A stretch of 64,000 nt of DNA from Squalus acanthias (lineage: Eukaryota), in the NCBI GenBank assembly GCA_030390025.1, contig CM059431.1, forward strand, positions 132,248,001-132,312,000, written 5' to 3'. Shown one piece after another: positions 13,886-26,210 of the stretch (the stretch's first letter is position 1; every line of letters begins with the position of its first letter). The position numbers were made by a program, and so were the translations under genes. Under the pieces are notes generated by a model that was not told where the DNA came from, did not search any database, and saw only the letters and a program-made list of their open reading frames with translations.

Positions 13886-14387
13886 CTCTTAACCCCTCTC
13901 TCTGTTCTGCTCATTAATCACACTTCTTGTCTTCTGGTCTGTAAAGTGCTGTGAAACCCAGAGATGGCTCATTGTGTGAGGCAAGTGAGGCACTGCCACA
14001 TTTGGGTTGTGTGCAATGCCATGCTGTGAGATTGTCATCAGATGTCCTGGCAAATCCTGTGGCTCAAGGTTCTCCTTCCTTTTTCTTCCAGAGCCTTTAT
14101 CCGGTTAGGGTACGTGGGTTTATACTGAGTTCACACTCACCACCGCCTTTTGTTTATTTGTTCCCCTTTAAGAACAGAGATTCAGTTTGAAATCACTCGA
14201 GAACGAAGGCCAAGCATCAAATCCCTTGGTGCTTTGGGTGAATTATTTGGGATTTTGAAATGCTGTTTCTTCAATGTGATATAATAGGGTTCAAAAAAGC
14301 AAGAAAATATTTCCAAAAGGTTTGATTACAACAGATTAAAGGAACCACTTTGTAATGATGCATTTGATTGCGCATGTGTGAAGGCCT

Positions 14388-14401
14388 GTTGCCATGGTAA
14401 C
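14388..14401. promoter_or_regulatory. Consensus RFX X-box
   Basis: GTTGCCATGGTAAC matches the near-palindromic X-box consensus and lies in non-repetitive intronic sequence. Function is untested. Confidence 0.4.
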
Positions 14402-17400
14402 AAGTTGGCGTGGCTTGACATCTATAGCGTGTGCCTCACTTGTCAAAATGGTCACCAGCCGCCACTGATGAGATCCCTTTCTGGTCAGGAGAAGTGGTGT
14501 ACAAATGTAAGTTTTTGGTGAAGTTATGTTTGGGCAAACTCGCAAGAGGCAAAAATATTGGGGTAATGCCAAATACGATCAGATGCCATGATGGGAAACT
14601 TACTGTACTACAGGGATGAGCTTTGATGAGCCAAATAGCTCTTTTGCACTTCTGATTTTTCTGATTTTTCTTCTGTTGTTAAGCAGCCTCAATCCAATTA
14701 CTGGTCTACAGAAAGAAAGTTTCCCATAATTCTGCACTAATTGGCACTAAATTGGCAATGTCACTTGATCAGCCCATAGGATGGCTGGTGCGGTAATTGG
14801 AAATGTCACACTGGTGTAGTATGAATGTCCATTTGAAAATGGTGTTTCGGCTCATTGTTGAGGCAGAAGTAGATGAAGCTTTATCCTACACCAACCACTC
14901 TTGTACCGAAGCTCGGGTGCTAGCTAGAGAAAACAAAGGAAAAAACATGTTAAAAATCTGCAATTTAACTGTCATGTTATTATAGTGCATTAGCTGTGAA
15001 GGACGTTGAAGCAGCCTTTTGAACAGATAATGCAGTTTAAATTGTCTTAGAATGATAGGTGAACAGAAGGCATCATTTCAAAAGCTTGCATCCTTTCATT
15101 AAATATGTTGAACATCCTACTGCTCCCAAGATAACTGCAACTCTAGCAGAGTGTAGCAGAAAAGCCTAGAATTTGACTGGGACCTAGATGTGCCGGAGAA
15201 GTACCTCCGCCCGGCCCTTACAAGGCAGTGACACCAAGGGGATAGAGCTGGGAGTGCTCCATGCCCTATGTCAGCAATTCCCACTGAATGGAAGATCAGG
15301 TGGGCTCCCTACAGGCGTGTAAGCCTCCCCGCCCTATTTTCCTCTACGTGCAGTACCCAGGTAATCCAATGTGCTCAGGAAATCTGCCTTGTTTTCTCTT
15401 TCATTTCCCAGTGGATTATGAAATTTCATTATTTTACTGCTGTGCCTTTGTCTTTTTTCCAAACTGCAGCAATTTCCTGTAGATACGGGAACACTTACCT
15501 GTACTTTGGGAAATGTTTAAATTACGCAACAACTTTGGGATGCTGCACAATGTGCCTTTCAGCATGTTCACTGTAGTTCAGCTTATTACAATCTAACAAT
15601 CTAAACAGGCATGTTAGGTCATATTATTAAAAAAAAGTTAAATGAATAGCACTCCCTCAATTATTGCAGAAGAGGTGAAAGTATTTTAGTTAATGAGTTG
15701 TATACTGCTCAAAAAAAATAAATTTTTGGTTTTAAGCTTTGCCATGTAGAAATAATGCCATTAGGATTCATTTGAAAGCTCATTAGAATTAAAATGTATC
15801 TATTAGGATGTCATTAAACTGCCTCGGTCTTAATTCGCTCCTGTGTTTTTATTTCCCTGTGTTTAGTCACTGCAAACAGAAAAGGATAAGTATTTAAAAA
15901 TCAGGAAAATATGATAGGTCACCACTATCATTAACACAGTAAAAAAAAGCTTGCTGGTTTCACTTAGAATAGTGGAATTAATGCTATTAGTTTTACAGAA
16001 ATGAAATATAACCTTATTCTGACCCAGGCTTGATTTTGCAAGTCAGTTTAAGCATTCCTCATGGCTGCAAATGATTAGGGGACCACAGTGGTCTCATTAA
16101 CACAATGAAATCACAAGTGAAACCAACATACTTTCAGCATTATGTCTTCGACCCTCAGAAAACAGAAACGTTTCTCAAGCAAAATTCGGGGAATTGTGGT
16201 GCTGTAGAACAGCACTTCAGAGCTGAGATGTTTGGGGGATCGGTTTGATCCTTCAGTTCACTGAATTCCTGATTTCAGTCAGGCTGCTGTGAAAAGGCCC
16301 CAAATAGTGTCCACAGGGAAGAATTTCAAACCCTGAAAACAAAACCTGAGGGGAAAAAAATCTGTTATTTTACATGAATTGGTTAAAACAAATCCTTAAA
16401 AATAAATATAAAGACTGACATTACTGTAAAAAATTATCATATCTTTCAGAAATATCTTAAGGACCTTCACATACAATAAATTAATATACATTACTAAATC
16501 TAATTAGTGACAGGATTTACTTTTTTGAGGGTGAATTGTATGCTTAAGCTGAAGGATGGTAGTGGCAAAGAGGACAAGGAAAGATTTATCCCTCAGTACA
16601 TCTCGCAGCTCATACAATACCTGCGCAGGCACAGCAGAGGTTACATGCAGTTCAGAACTCCCTATGCACTGACTCAACAGTATGCCTTAATCCTAATTAC
16701 AGACATTCTGAGTGCACCAGTGATGTGCCCCTACTAGTGCCAAATTCTGAATACTGTGAAGTTATTGTAATTTTTTTTTAATATATTTTTTAACTGAATG
16801 TAATATATTTATTCACAAAATACCATGTTATTCTAAATAATTCAGATTTAAAAAATAAGTTAAACAGAAATATAGGTCATTGTCACCTGCAGTGCAGTTT
16901 GTTTGCACATAAATATAGTTGGGGAACATTGCTCTTTCATTTCTAGGATCTGAGTTTGGATACCACCTGCCCTGATAGGATGAAAGTCTTTGGCCGGAAT
17001 TTTCTGGGTTCCGTGCGGGCGCGATTGGAGATGGGTCAGGTGGGAAATTTGAAATATCTAGCAGCGGGTCGGGAAGCCACCATCATCCCGCCCCCACGCG
17101 CCTTTCCCTCGGGCGCGTTTGCCGGCGCGGCAGCGACCCGAATGGCAGAGGCAGGCAAGCTAATTTAAATCATTATTAGGTACTTGTCAGACCCTTAAGC
17201 GCCTTTTTAACCCTACTTTTCAAATTTCCCTGTATGAGCACGGGAATCACACAGCTCTGGAACCACATCTGTGAACCTAAGGCAGAAGTTGAGTGGCCAT
17301 TGATCCCCCTCATTAGTGCACAGCATGAAAAGTACAATATAAACTCCCACCTGACAGCTGATCACTTTCCTAAGGCAGATGCTGTTGCTGACTGTACTGT

Positions 17401-17540
17401 CAGCACAGATTTAGCTTTCTAGAGGTTGCAAATGTTTCCAGCAAGGTCAGCATCCACTGTCACTTCATTGGTAGAACCTATCACACCATTGACAGATTGC
17501 TTGTGTCATCTCTACTTGACCTGCCATCTATTCCATCAGC

Positions 17541-18670
17541 ATGGGTGCTGTTTATACTGCCTCACCTTGGTCCTCAGAATCGGACCATGATGAGCCCCAA
17601 CACCAGCAGCACCAGGCACACCAGCAGCACCAAAAACAACGCCACCAACCTTCTCCTCAACCACCTGATGCTGCACAGGACAGAGGGCATCAGCGCAGGC
17701 TGCACCGTGCCAGAAGCGATACCCCCAACACAGGGTATACAGGCAGAGGATGAGTTTCCTCAAGTAACAGAGCAGCAGTGCCAAAGGAGGCTCAGGTTAT
17801 CGCGCCAGGTTGTCGCTGACATTTGCACATTGCTGGAGCAAGACCTGCAGCCCAGAGGAGGGGGTAGACACACATTACCAGTAGCTGTCAAAGTCACCAG
17901 CACCCTCAACATCTTCGTCTCAGGTTCCTTCCAGGGATCTGCAGCAGACATTTGCGGCATCTCGCGCCACTGATGAAGCCAGTGTTACTGAGCGGGTGCT
18001 CGGCTTTGCTGCTCTGGCTGTCTTCCCACGGGTGCAGGGGGTCATCGACTGCACACATGTGGCCATCAGGGCACCCCATCATCACCCAGGAGTCTTTGTC
18101 AACCGCAAGAGCATCCACTCCCTCAATGAGCAGCTCGTCTGCAATCATAGAAAGATCATCATACATGTCTGCACCAAATATCCTGGCAGCTGCCATGACT
18201 CCTTCGTCCTGTGCCAGTCCAGCCTCCCTCAGCTCTTTGCTCCTCCAAACAGACTTTTCGGCTGGCTGCTTGGAGACAAGGGCTATCCACTGAAGACGTG
18301 GCTAATGACACCCTTGAGGAGGCCAAATACTGAAGCCCAGGAGAGATATAATGATAGCCACATTTCCACCAGATGTGTCATAGAACAGACAATAGACATG
18401 CTCAAAATGCGCTTCAGATGCCTTGACAGATCTGGAGGAGCCCTTCTGTACGCACCAGCCAGGGTCTCCAGAATCGTCGTGGTCTGCTGTGCCCTGCACA
18501 ACATAGCGCAGCAGCAAGGATTAGCGCTGCAGGAGAAGCAAGGCACTGAGCGCACAGCCTCTTCAGAGGAGGAGGAGGAGGAGGAACCTGCCGTCCAGAT
18601 CCCACCAGCACCCGAGTATATTGCTGCCCGGGAGGCCAGGGGTGAACTCGTCATGTCCAGATTTACTTAA
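17541..18670 (+). pseudogene. Harbinger (HARBI1-like, DDE_Tnp_4) transposase of copy A, frameshifted
   Basis: Motifs FASGSFQ-like, [41 protein letters not shown]...[14 protein letters not shown]. About 74 bp is deleted near 17965 relative to copy B, plus other frameshifts. Confidence 0.92.
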
Positions 18671-20067
18671 CTTTATGCTGTACACCCATATGGCTGCAAC
18701 ATGCTGCTCCAGGTTCACACCACCCCACAGCAACACCATAAAGCATCCCTATAATGACCAAGCCATTCCTTTCACACTGACCACCATTGCTGGAGGTAAC
18801 GTTATGTCCCACCATTCACTCCAACTCACTAAGCCACTTCCAAAGCTGCACACAAATTTGTCCATGCCCGGAAAGTAGTGAAAATAAAGATTTTTATCTG
18901 TGACATCACAGTAACGGAAACTTTACAGAAACATTTAATAAAACACCCAAATGACTACCCTTGTGCATCTACTTGTGTTTCATCTTTCCCTTCTGCATGC
19001 TTCTACGAGGTGCTACCCCTGTGGCTTCAGCAGAGGTAGAGGCAGCCTGCTTACTTCCCTGCTGCGACTGCATAGACACTTTTGGTGGACGTCCTCTGGT
19101 CTTTGGGCCTGTGATGGCCCCGCCAAAGTCTGCTCCTCCTGCGACTGTGCAGGGGCAGACTCAGCCATCGCAATCTGGGGAGCCATTTGGGGCTCTGACA
19201 GGGGGGTGGGGGGCAACAGGGGAGAAGTGTGGGTGCTTTCAGAGGAGCCCCCACTTCCATGTCCCCTCTCACCATCATTCCTCTCATGGGCCATCCGAAC
19301 TTCCCTGCTAGCAAGGAGCAGAAGAGCACCTTGCTGCACAGCAGTGGGGCCATGAGGACCCACGTCTACGTTGACATCCCTCCTAGAGAGGAGGTCTATG
19401 AGCGTCTGACATCTATTCTCCATCGATAGCCATCTATTCTCCATAGATAATATGTGCTCCTGTGAGTGTTGCATTAGCTGCTCCATGCAGGTGGCCATCC
19501 TTTCCATGGAAGAGCCTGCAGTCGCCATTGCCTGTGACATGATGGTGTTCATGTTGGAGATGGACTCCTCCATTCTCTGGACATTTGCAGACATTGCGGT
19601 CGAAAAACCTGTCAAAGCCTCCTGCACTTCTTGCTGCACCTCCAGCATCGCCCTCTTTCTGGATGGCCCCGAGGCTCAGCGTCTGCATGCAGCTGAGCAG
19701 AGCTGGGAGCATCCTGTGCCCTCCAGCGAGGAGTCTCCACTGCTGTCCCTGTCTCCACCATCTGCTCTTGCTCACTTGTGACTTGTGAGATACCAGGTGA
19801 CAACACTACTCTATCTCGCATCGGACCCACCGAGGTGTGCGTATCTGCGCTGGTGCTGGGTGCGCTTATGTCTGGTGACGATGCGCCCTCAGAGGCTGGC
19901 GGCTGCTCTGAGGAGTCAGTTTCCTCTTCCTCCTGGACAGTGGGGACGGGGGCTCTTGATAGACCTGTGGGAGAGTAAAGAGATGAGTTAGATATGTCAT
20001 TTGAAGAATGGGTACAGATACCATTATGCACATAATGAACATTCACTGGCTGCAGACATCAGTTGCC

Positions 20068-22454
20068 ACATAGAAACATAGAAGATAGGAGCAGGAGTAG
20101 GCCATTCGGCCCCTCTAGCCTGGTCCGCCATTCAATGCGATCATGGCTGATCATCCAAATACAGAACCCTGTCCCTGCTTTCTCCCCATATCCCTTGATC
20201 CCTTTAGCCTTAAGAAATATATCCAACTCCTCCTTGAATATATTTAATGAATTGGCCTCTACTGCCTTCTGTGGTAGAGAATTCCACAGGTTCACCACTC
20301 TCTGGGTGAAGAAATTCCTCCTCATTTCTGTCCTAAATGGCTTACCCCTTATCCTTAGACTGTGACCCCTGGTTCTGGACTCCCCGACCATCGGGAACAT
20401 CCTTCCTGCATCTAGTCTGTCCAGTCCTTTCAGAATTTTATAAGTTTCAATGAGATCCCCTCTCATTCTTCTAAACTCCAGCGAGTATAAGCCCAATCGA
20501 CCCAATCTCTCCTCATACGTCATTCCTGCCATCCCAGGTATCAGCCTGGTGAATCTTCGCTGCACTCCTTCCATGGCAAGAACCTCCTTCCTCAGATAAG
20601 GCGACCAAAACTGCACACAATACTCAAGATGTAGTCTCACCAAGGCCCTGTACAACTGTAGCAAGACATCCTTGTTCCTGTACTCAAACCCTTTCGCTAC
20701 GAAGGCCAACATACCATTTGCCTTCTTAACCGCCTGCTGCACCTGCGTGCTTACCTTCAGCGACTGGTGCACAAGGACACCCAGGTCTCATTGCACTTCC
20801 CCTTCTCCCAATCTATTGCCATTCAGATAATAATCTGCCTTCCTGTTTTTGACACCAAAGTGGATAACCTCGCATTTATCCACGTTATATTGCATCTGCC
20901 ATGCTTCTGCACAATCACCCAACCTGTCCAAATCATCCTGGAGTTTCTCGGCATCCTCCTCACAGCACACACACCCACCCAGCTTTGTGTCGTCTGCAAA
21001 CTTGGAGATATTACATCTAGTTCCCTTGTCTAGATCATTAATATATATTGTGAATAGCTGGGGTCCAAGGACCGATCCCTGTGGTACCCCACTAGTCACT
21101 GCCTGCTACTCGGAAAATGACCCATTTATTCCAACTCTTTGCTTTCTGTCTGCCAACCAGTTCTCTATCCAAGTCAATACCTTGCCCCCAATCCCATGTG
21201 CCTTAACTTTACACGCTATCCTCTTATGCGGGACCTTATCGAAAGCCTTTTGAAAGTCCAAATACACCACATCCACTGGTTCTCCCTTATCTATTTTATC
21301 AGTTACATCCTCAAAAAATTCCAGTAGATTAGTCAAACACGATTTACCTTTTGTAAATCCATGTTGACTTTGTCCGATCCTGTCACTGTTTTCCAAGTGC
21401 TCTGCTATTACATCTTTTATAACGGACTCTAGCATTTTCCCCACTACCGATGTCAGGCTTACCGGTCTGTAACTCCCCGTTTTCTCTACCACCCTTTTTG
21501 AATAGTGGGGTAACATTAGCTACCCTCCAATCCATGGGTATTGTTCCAGATTCCATCGAATGTTGGAAGATGATCAGCAATGCATCTACTATTTCTAGGG
21601 CCACTTCCTTAAGTACCCTAGGATGTAGATTATCAGGCCCTGGGGATTTAACGGCCTTCAATCCCTTCAATTTCCCTAACACCATTTCCCTACAAATACT
21701 GATTTCTTTCAGTTCCTCCCTTTCATCAGACCCTATGTTCTCCAACATCTCTGGGAGGTTATTTGTGTCCTCCTTTGTGAAGACAGAACCAAAATATGTA
21801 TTTAATTGGTCTGCCATTTCTTTGTTCCCCATTATAAGTTCCCCTGATTCTGACTGCAAGGGACCTATGCTTGACTTCACCAATCTTTTTCTCTTCACAT
21901 ATCTATAAAAGCTTTTACAGTCAGTTTTTATGTTCCCTGAAAGCTTCCTCTCATATTCTATTTTCCCCTTCTTAATTAATCCCTTTGTCCTCCTTTGTTG
22001 AATCCTAAACTGCTCCCAATCCTCAGGTTTACTGCTTTTTCTGGCCTATTTTCTGCCCTCTCCTTGGATCTTATGCTATCCCTAATTTCCTTGTTAGCCA
22101 TGGTTGAGTCACCTTTTTTGTTTTATTCTTATGCCAAACTGGGATGAACAAATTCTGTAGTTTATGCGGTCTTTGAATGTTTGCCATTGCCTATCCACCG
22201 TCAACCCTTTGAGTGACATTCCCCAATCAGTCCTACCCAACTCGCGCCTCATACCATCGTAGTTTCCTTTATTTAAATTCAGGACCCTAGTCTCTGAGTC
22301 AACTACTTCACTCTCCATCTTAATGAAGAATTCTATCATATTATGATCGCTCCGACCCAAGGGGCCTCGCACAACAAGATTGCAAATTAATCCTTTCTCA
22401 TTACATAATACCCAGTCTAAGATGGCCTGCTCTCTGGTTGGTTCCTCGACATAT
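20068..22454 (-). mobile_element. 5'-truncated CR1 LINE (about 2.4 kb) nested in intron 2 of the Harbinger Myb gene
   Basis: Minus-strand ORFs 22109-22474, 21383-21898, 21106-21516, 20788-21099 and 20059-20772 form a frameshifted EN-RT ORF2 (SDHN, YRPVSLTS, GVPQGSVLGP, FADDTK). (TTTCTATG)n tail at 20068. Confidence 0.95.
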
Positions 22455-22755
22455 GAATGACTGCTGTATGCCATGTAGCTGTATGAGATGTAATTCTGTC
22501 ACCAGGTTGCTGAGATGCTCCCCTCTCCATCTCCCACCTCCAGCTGCTCTGCGACTCCTGACACTTCCAAGGCAACCTCCTTTGCTGCTGGTAAGGTGGC
22601 CAATGATGGAGGGTGACCTCCGGTTCTCTCCCTCTTATTGTGGGCTCTCTTTTCCTGCAAGGAGGGAAAGAAGAGAAGGTTGAGTGAGAGTGATGGAATG
22701 AGTGTAAGGAATGGATGGGTTACATCTTTAGAGGAAGACTATGATGGAGAGGGGT

Positions 22756-24395
22756 TGTAAGGGGTTCGGTTCTAGGTGCTTGTGCGGGGTTAGGCCTTCG
22801 TTGCCTGATACTATTGCTTGCTCTGGTCTCCGGCCAGCCTTGTTGCAATAAGCACCTGTGAGTGGTTCGACCCACTCGCCCTTACGGTTCTAACACTGGA
22901 CTTAGGTGCGAGAGCAGTAATGCAGAGAAAACTCAAATAGACCCGGTTGAATAGTACGAAATGGAAATCTTTATTGCATAACGTCCAAACTCATGAAGTA
23001 CATGTCATAGGCACAAATTAATGACAGTACAAGTATACATACATTCATAAAACTTGGTCTGGGTCATGAGGAACGCACGGCACATCGTAAAAAGGGGAAC
23101 ACATTATATTTATCCTTAATAAAACCACCCTCCCCTATTAATACCTACACTAATCTAGATTTGTAGGATCGAGGAAACATGCTCACCACTCGTGATACTT
23201 CGGAGAATTTTAAACGAGGCACTCGGCTTGTTTCGCTGCAACACCTGACTGTCACGTGTTGGAAGGGGTCTCTGTACCCCACTTGTTTATCTTCTCTGCT
23301 CCGGCTAGCAGGCTGGGCTCCCCGTTGTCATGAAGAACTCGACAGTGCTCGGGCCCGGCTGTAGAACTCAAAGAAAAGTCTTTCTGGACCGACACCAGTT
23401 AACCGGTAGAATTCAAAGAAGAGTCTTCCTGTATTGACACCGGTTGTCGATAGAATTCAAAGAAGAGTCTTTGACTGGTTCGGCAGCAACCTGATAGAGT
23501 TCAAAAATGGTCTTTATATTTACGGGCGCGGTCGGGGTTTACTGACCGCGGCGGCACGTGGATTCTTCTTCTCTTCTCATCTCGTCTCGTCGGGCCTTCG
23601 GGTCCAGAACACCGTTTACCGACCCTCGGGATGGTGCACCCGGTTACTGGCCTCCGTCGAGGTGACTCGTTCCAAAGTTCAAACGAATCAGCCCCGGGAG
23701 GATCAGAGGAATAAGAGCGTTCAGCAGCCAGCAGCAAGATAAGAGTCAAGAGTCAAGAGAGCGATGGACATTTGTTCACTATAGTTATAGTGCTGTGTTT
23801 TCCTTATCTCCCGCCCAATCTTAATGTTCATCCTTTGTAAAATCTTGGCGCTCAAAATTCCCAGTATGGGGTGATTCTTGTTTATAATGGGTATCGGTAG
23901 CACCTTAAACTGGCCAACTACCCGTTAATGTTTTTCCCATTGCCGAACCGGCTAGGAGCCTCCCTGGCGGGGTTTTGGGGGCCTCCGAATACTTGTGTAA
24001 GTACCCGAGAATGGCTCTCTCATTGTAGAGCCGTGGGGAATTTGCGTATTGATGTATCTGGATGGGCCTTCGATTGCCCAGTACAATGGCCCTTACTTGT
24101 GCATGGAAATTGATTCCAGCACTTATATCTTTGCTATTGTGTCGAAAGCAGACAGGTTGCATCCTGTCTTTATCAGTGTTTGCTGCGTATTAACCAATCT
24201 TATACTGAAATGTTTATTCGAACGCCATCTTGTCTGCCCACTGAAAATTCTGGAAGCTTCTGCCACGAGGCGCGGCGGCCATTTTACAGGCTTCTGTGTC
24301 CTGTTTAATCATGACAGCATTTCGTTGAAATAAAACTGATGAAACGAATCTGCTTTATCTCGTTATTTCGAATCGCGATAATTGCGAATTTTACA
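22756..24395 (-). mobile_element. Long solo LTR (1640 bp) with a 4-bp TSD, nested in intron 1 of the Harbinger Myb gene
   Basis: TGTAA...TTACA termini flanked by GGGT (22752-22755 and 24396-24399). CpG-rich, no coding potential recognised. Minus-strand AATAAA near 22970, so orientation is tentative. Confidence 0.8.
23362..23507. repeat. Degenerate tandem repeat of about 44-45 bp (3 to 4 units) inside the LTR
   Basis: Recurring TAGAA(C/T)TCAAAGAA(A/G)AGTCTT core at regular spacing. Confidence 0.8.
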
Positions 24396-25868
24396 GGGTG
24401 TCGATGCCAAGTGGCCTCCTTGTGTGTTGTGAGTTGGTATGATTGCATTAGGATAAGGCTGAGTGTGAGGGGTGGTTAGTCAGATGGGGATGTGATAATA
24501 TAGATAGAGAGAGGGATGGGTGGACGCGCAAGGTATGTTGGTGTGAGTAAGGATGTGCAGGAGTCAGGTTGGGATGGCAGAGTGATGGGGATGTGATGAG
24601 AGGCTCAGCAGGATGACGTTGAGTATGGCTTTGTACTCACCTTTCCTGATCTACTGAGATCATTGAAATGTTTGTGGCACTGCACTCAGGTCCTCCTGAC
24701 CACATCCCTGCTGTTGACCTCCTCTGCAATTTGGAGCCAGGCGTCTTTGGTCTGCTGGGAAGGTCTCTTCCGCCCATCGGAAGGGATGAGGACATCCTTG
24801 CGTGGTCTGACTCCCTCCACAAACATATGGAGGGAGTCATTGGAGAAACTGGGTGCAGCCCTCTGCCTCTGTGCAGTCATGTCTGGCACTCTTTGCAGCA
24901 GTCCGATGGTGCAGTGCGCTGCCTGCACACTCCTAGATGAACCTTCAAATGCAATGTGGCCATGACTCCTTTAAATATCCTGCATCATTGATGACGTCAT
25001 CAGACAAGCACCATTTAATTGGACTGGGCAACGTGCAGGGCGCCTTAATAGGCCCCATTAATGGAAAGTCGATCTCAGGAGCGAGATGGAATGAGAAGCG
25101 GGGTCGCGACCCGCCACGGCGACCGCCCGCATCCGAACAGCCCAGGTACAGAAAATTCCGGCCTTTGTGACTGAAATAGAGCACATTTCTCTGCAGCTTC
25201 TTTCTTTTTGTGAGGGCACATATGGGTAAAAACCAGGTTCACTCAAAGGAAATGGCCCAGTTTGTTTTAATACCTCATAACTGCAAAACAGATAGATCTA
25301 CAACAAAATTCCAAAGGAGGGGCAAGGCATTCAATTCAAATACAAGCATCCTATGAGTTTCTTTGAATATACATTTGATTGGCAGCTCTACTTGCAATTA
25401 AGTAATTCATATTTCAATTTGTAAAGATGATTTTGGATGGAGAATTGTAGGCCACATGCCCTTGATTTCCCAATATGTGCTGTCAGCTGGCAAGGCTCCA
25501 TGGCAGCATTGCAATTCAGAAAATGAATCTCATATTTCAGCTTGTTTTTCTAATTAAGTAGTCTACCTGAAGCCAGTAGAGGGATATAGATAGGCTAGAG
25601 ACATGCCATGGATAGGTCAGCAACAAATTGCACTTAGATTAATATTCAGGGACCATTTGCCAAGTCCAGTTGACAATGAAGATTATCACAGTCACTGTAA
25701 ATGTTGCTATTCCAGATAGAGAGCTATTTAAGCCTGTAACTGCTGTAAATCCATAGCACGACATTGTTGCTGCTCACATCACTTGTTTATAAATCTGTTC
25801 AATAGTTTATAGCCTTGGTCATGGATATTAGGATGTTTATTCTGCTGCCTTCCGAAGTTGAGGAAGAT

Positions 25869-26210
25869 CATAAGAACATAAGAAATAGGAGTAGGAATAG
25901 GCCACTTGGCCCCTCGAGCCTGCTCCGCCATTCAATAAGACCATGGCTGATCTTGGGCTCAAAGCCACTTCCCTGCCCGCTCCCCATAACCCTTCACTCC
26001 CTTATCTTGCAAAAATCTGTCTATCTCCGCCTTAAATGTATTTAATGACCCAGCCTCCACGGCTCTCTGGGGCAGAGAATGCCACAGATTTACGACCCTC
26101 TGAGAGAAGAAATTCCTCCTCATCTCAGTTTTAAAAGGGCGACCCTTTATTCTGAAACTATGCCCCCGAGTTCTAGATTTCCCCACGAGGGGAAACATCC
26201 TCTCTGCATC
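25869..26210 (-). mobile_element. CR1 3' fragment
   Basis: CATAAGAACATAAGAA tail. ORF 25959-26198 reads SRTRGHS...RRNFFSQRVVNLW. Confidence 0.9.

Larger units (their letters stand above)
18969..24880 (-). pseudogene. Harbinger Myb/SANT-like DNA-binding protein gene of copy A; exons 24880-24641, 22654-22503, 19964-18969
   Basis: Exon 1 reads MTAQRQRAAPSFSNDSLHMFVEGV...AWLQIAEEVNSRDVVRRT*VQCHKHFNDL (Myb/SANT-like, with a Trp-to-stop change). It has an AAG|GTGAGT donor and CAG acceptors. Exon 2 reads EKRAHNKRERTGG. The structure is the same in copy C. Confidence 0.85.
16992..25163 (+). mobile_element. Full-length PIF/Harbinger DNA transposon (copy A) carrying two nested insertions
   Basis: Perfect 15-bp TIRs GGCCGGAATTTTCTG (16992-17006) and CAGAAAATTCCGGCC (25149-25163), with a TTT TSD on both sides. 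Contains a transposase gene (+) and a convergent Myb/SANT-like gene (-). Confidence 0.93.

Noticed and set aside
17541..18670. Host HARBI1 gene or domesticated nuclease
   Set aside because: It lies within TIRs and a TSD, is multi-copy in the window and is disrupted in every copy, so it is a transposon pseudogene.
20068..22453. ACATA as a TSD of the nested CR1
   Set aside because: ACATA is native both to the CR1 tail and to the CR1 sequence at the truncation point, so it cannot be distinguished from microhomology.
23362..23507. CRISPR-like repeat/spacer pattern
   Set aside because: Only 3-4 degenerate units with related 'spacers', inside a vertebrate LTR and with no cas genes; it is an ordinary minisatellite.
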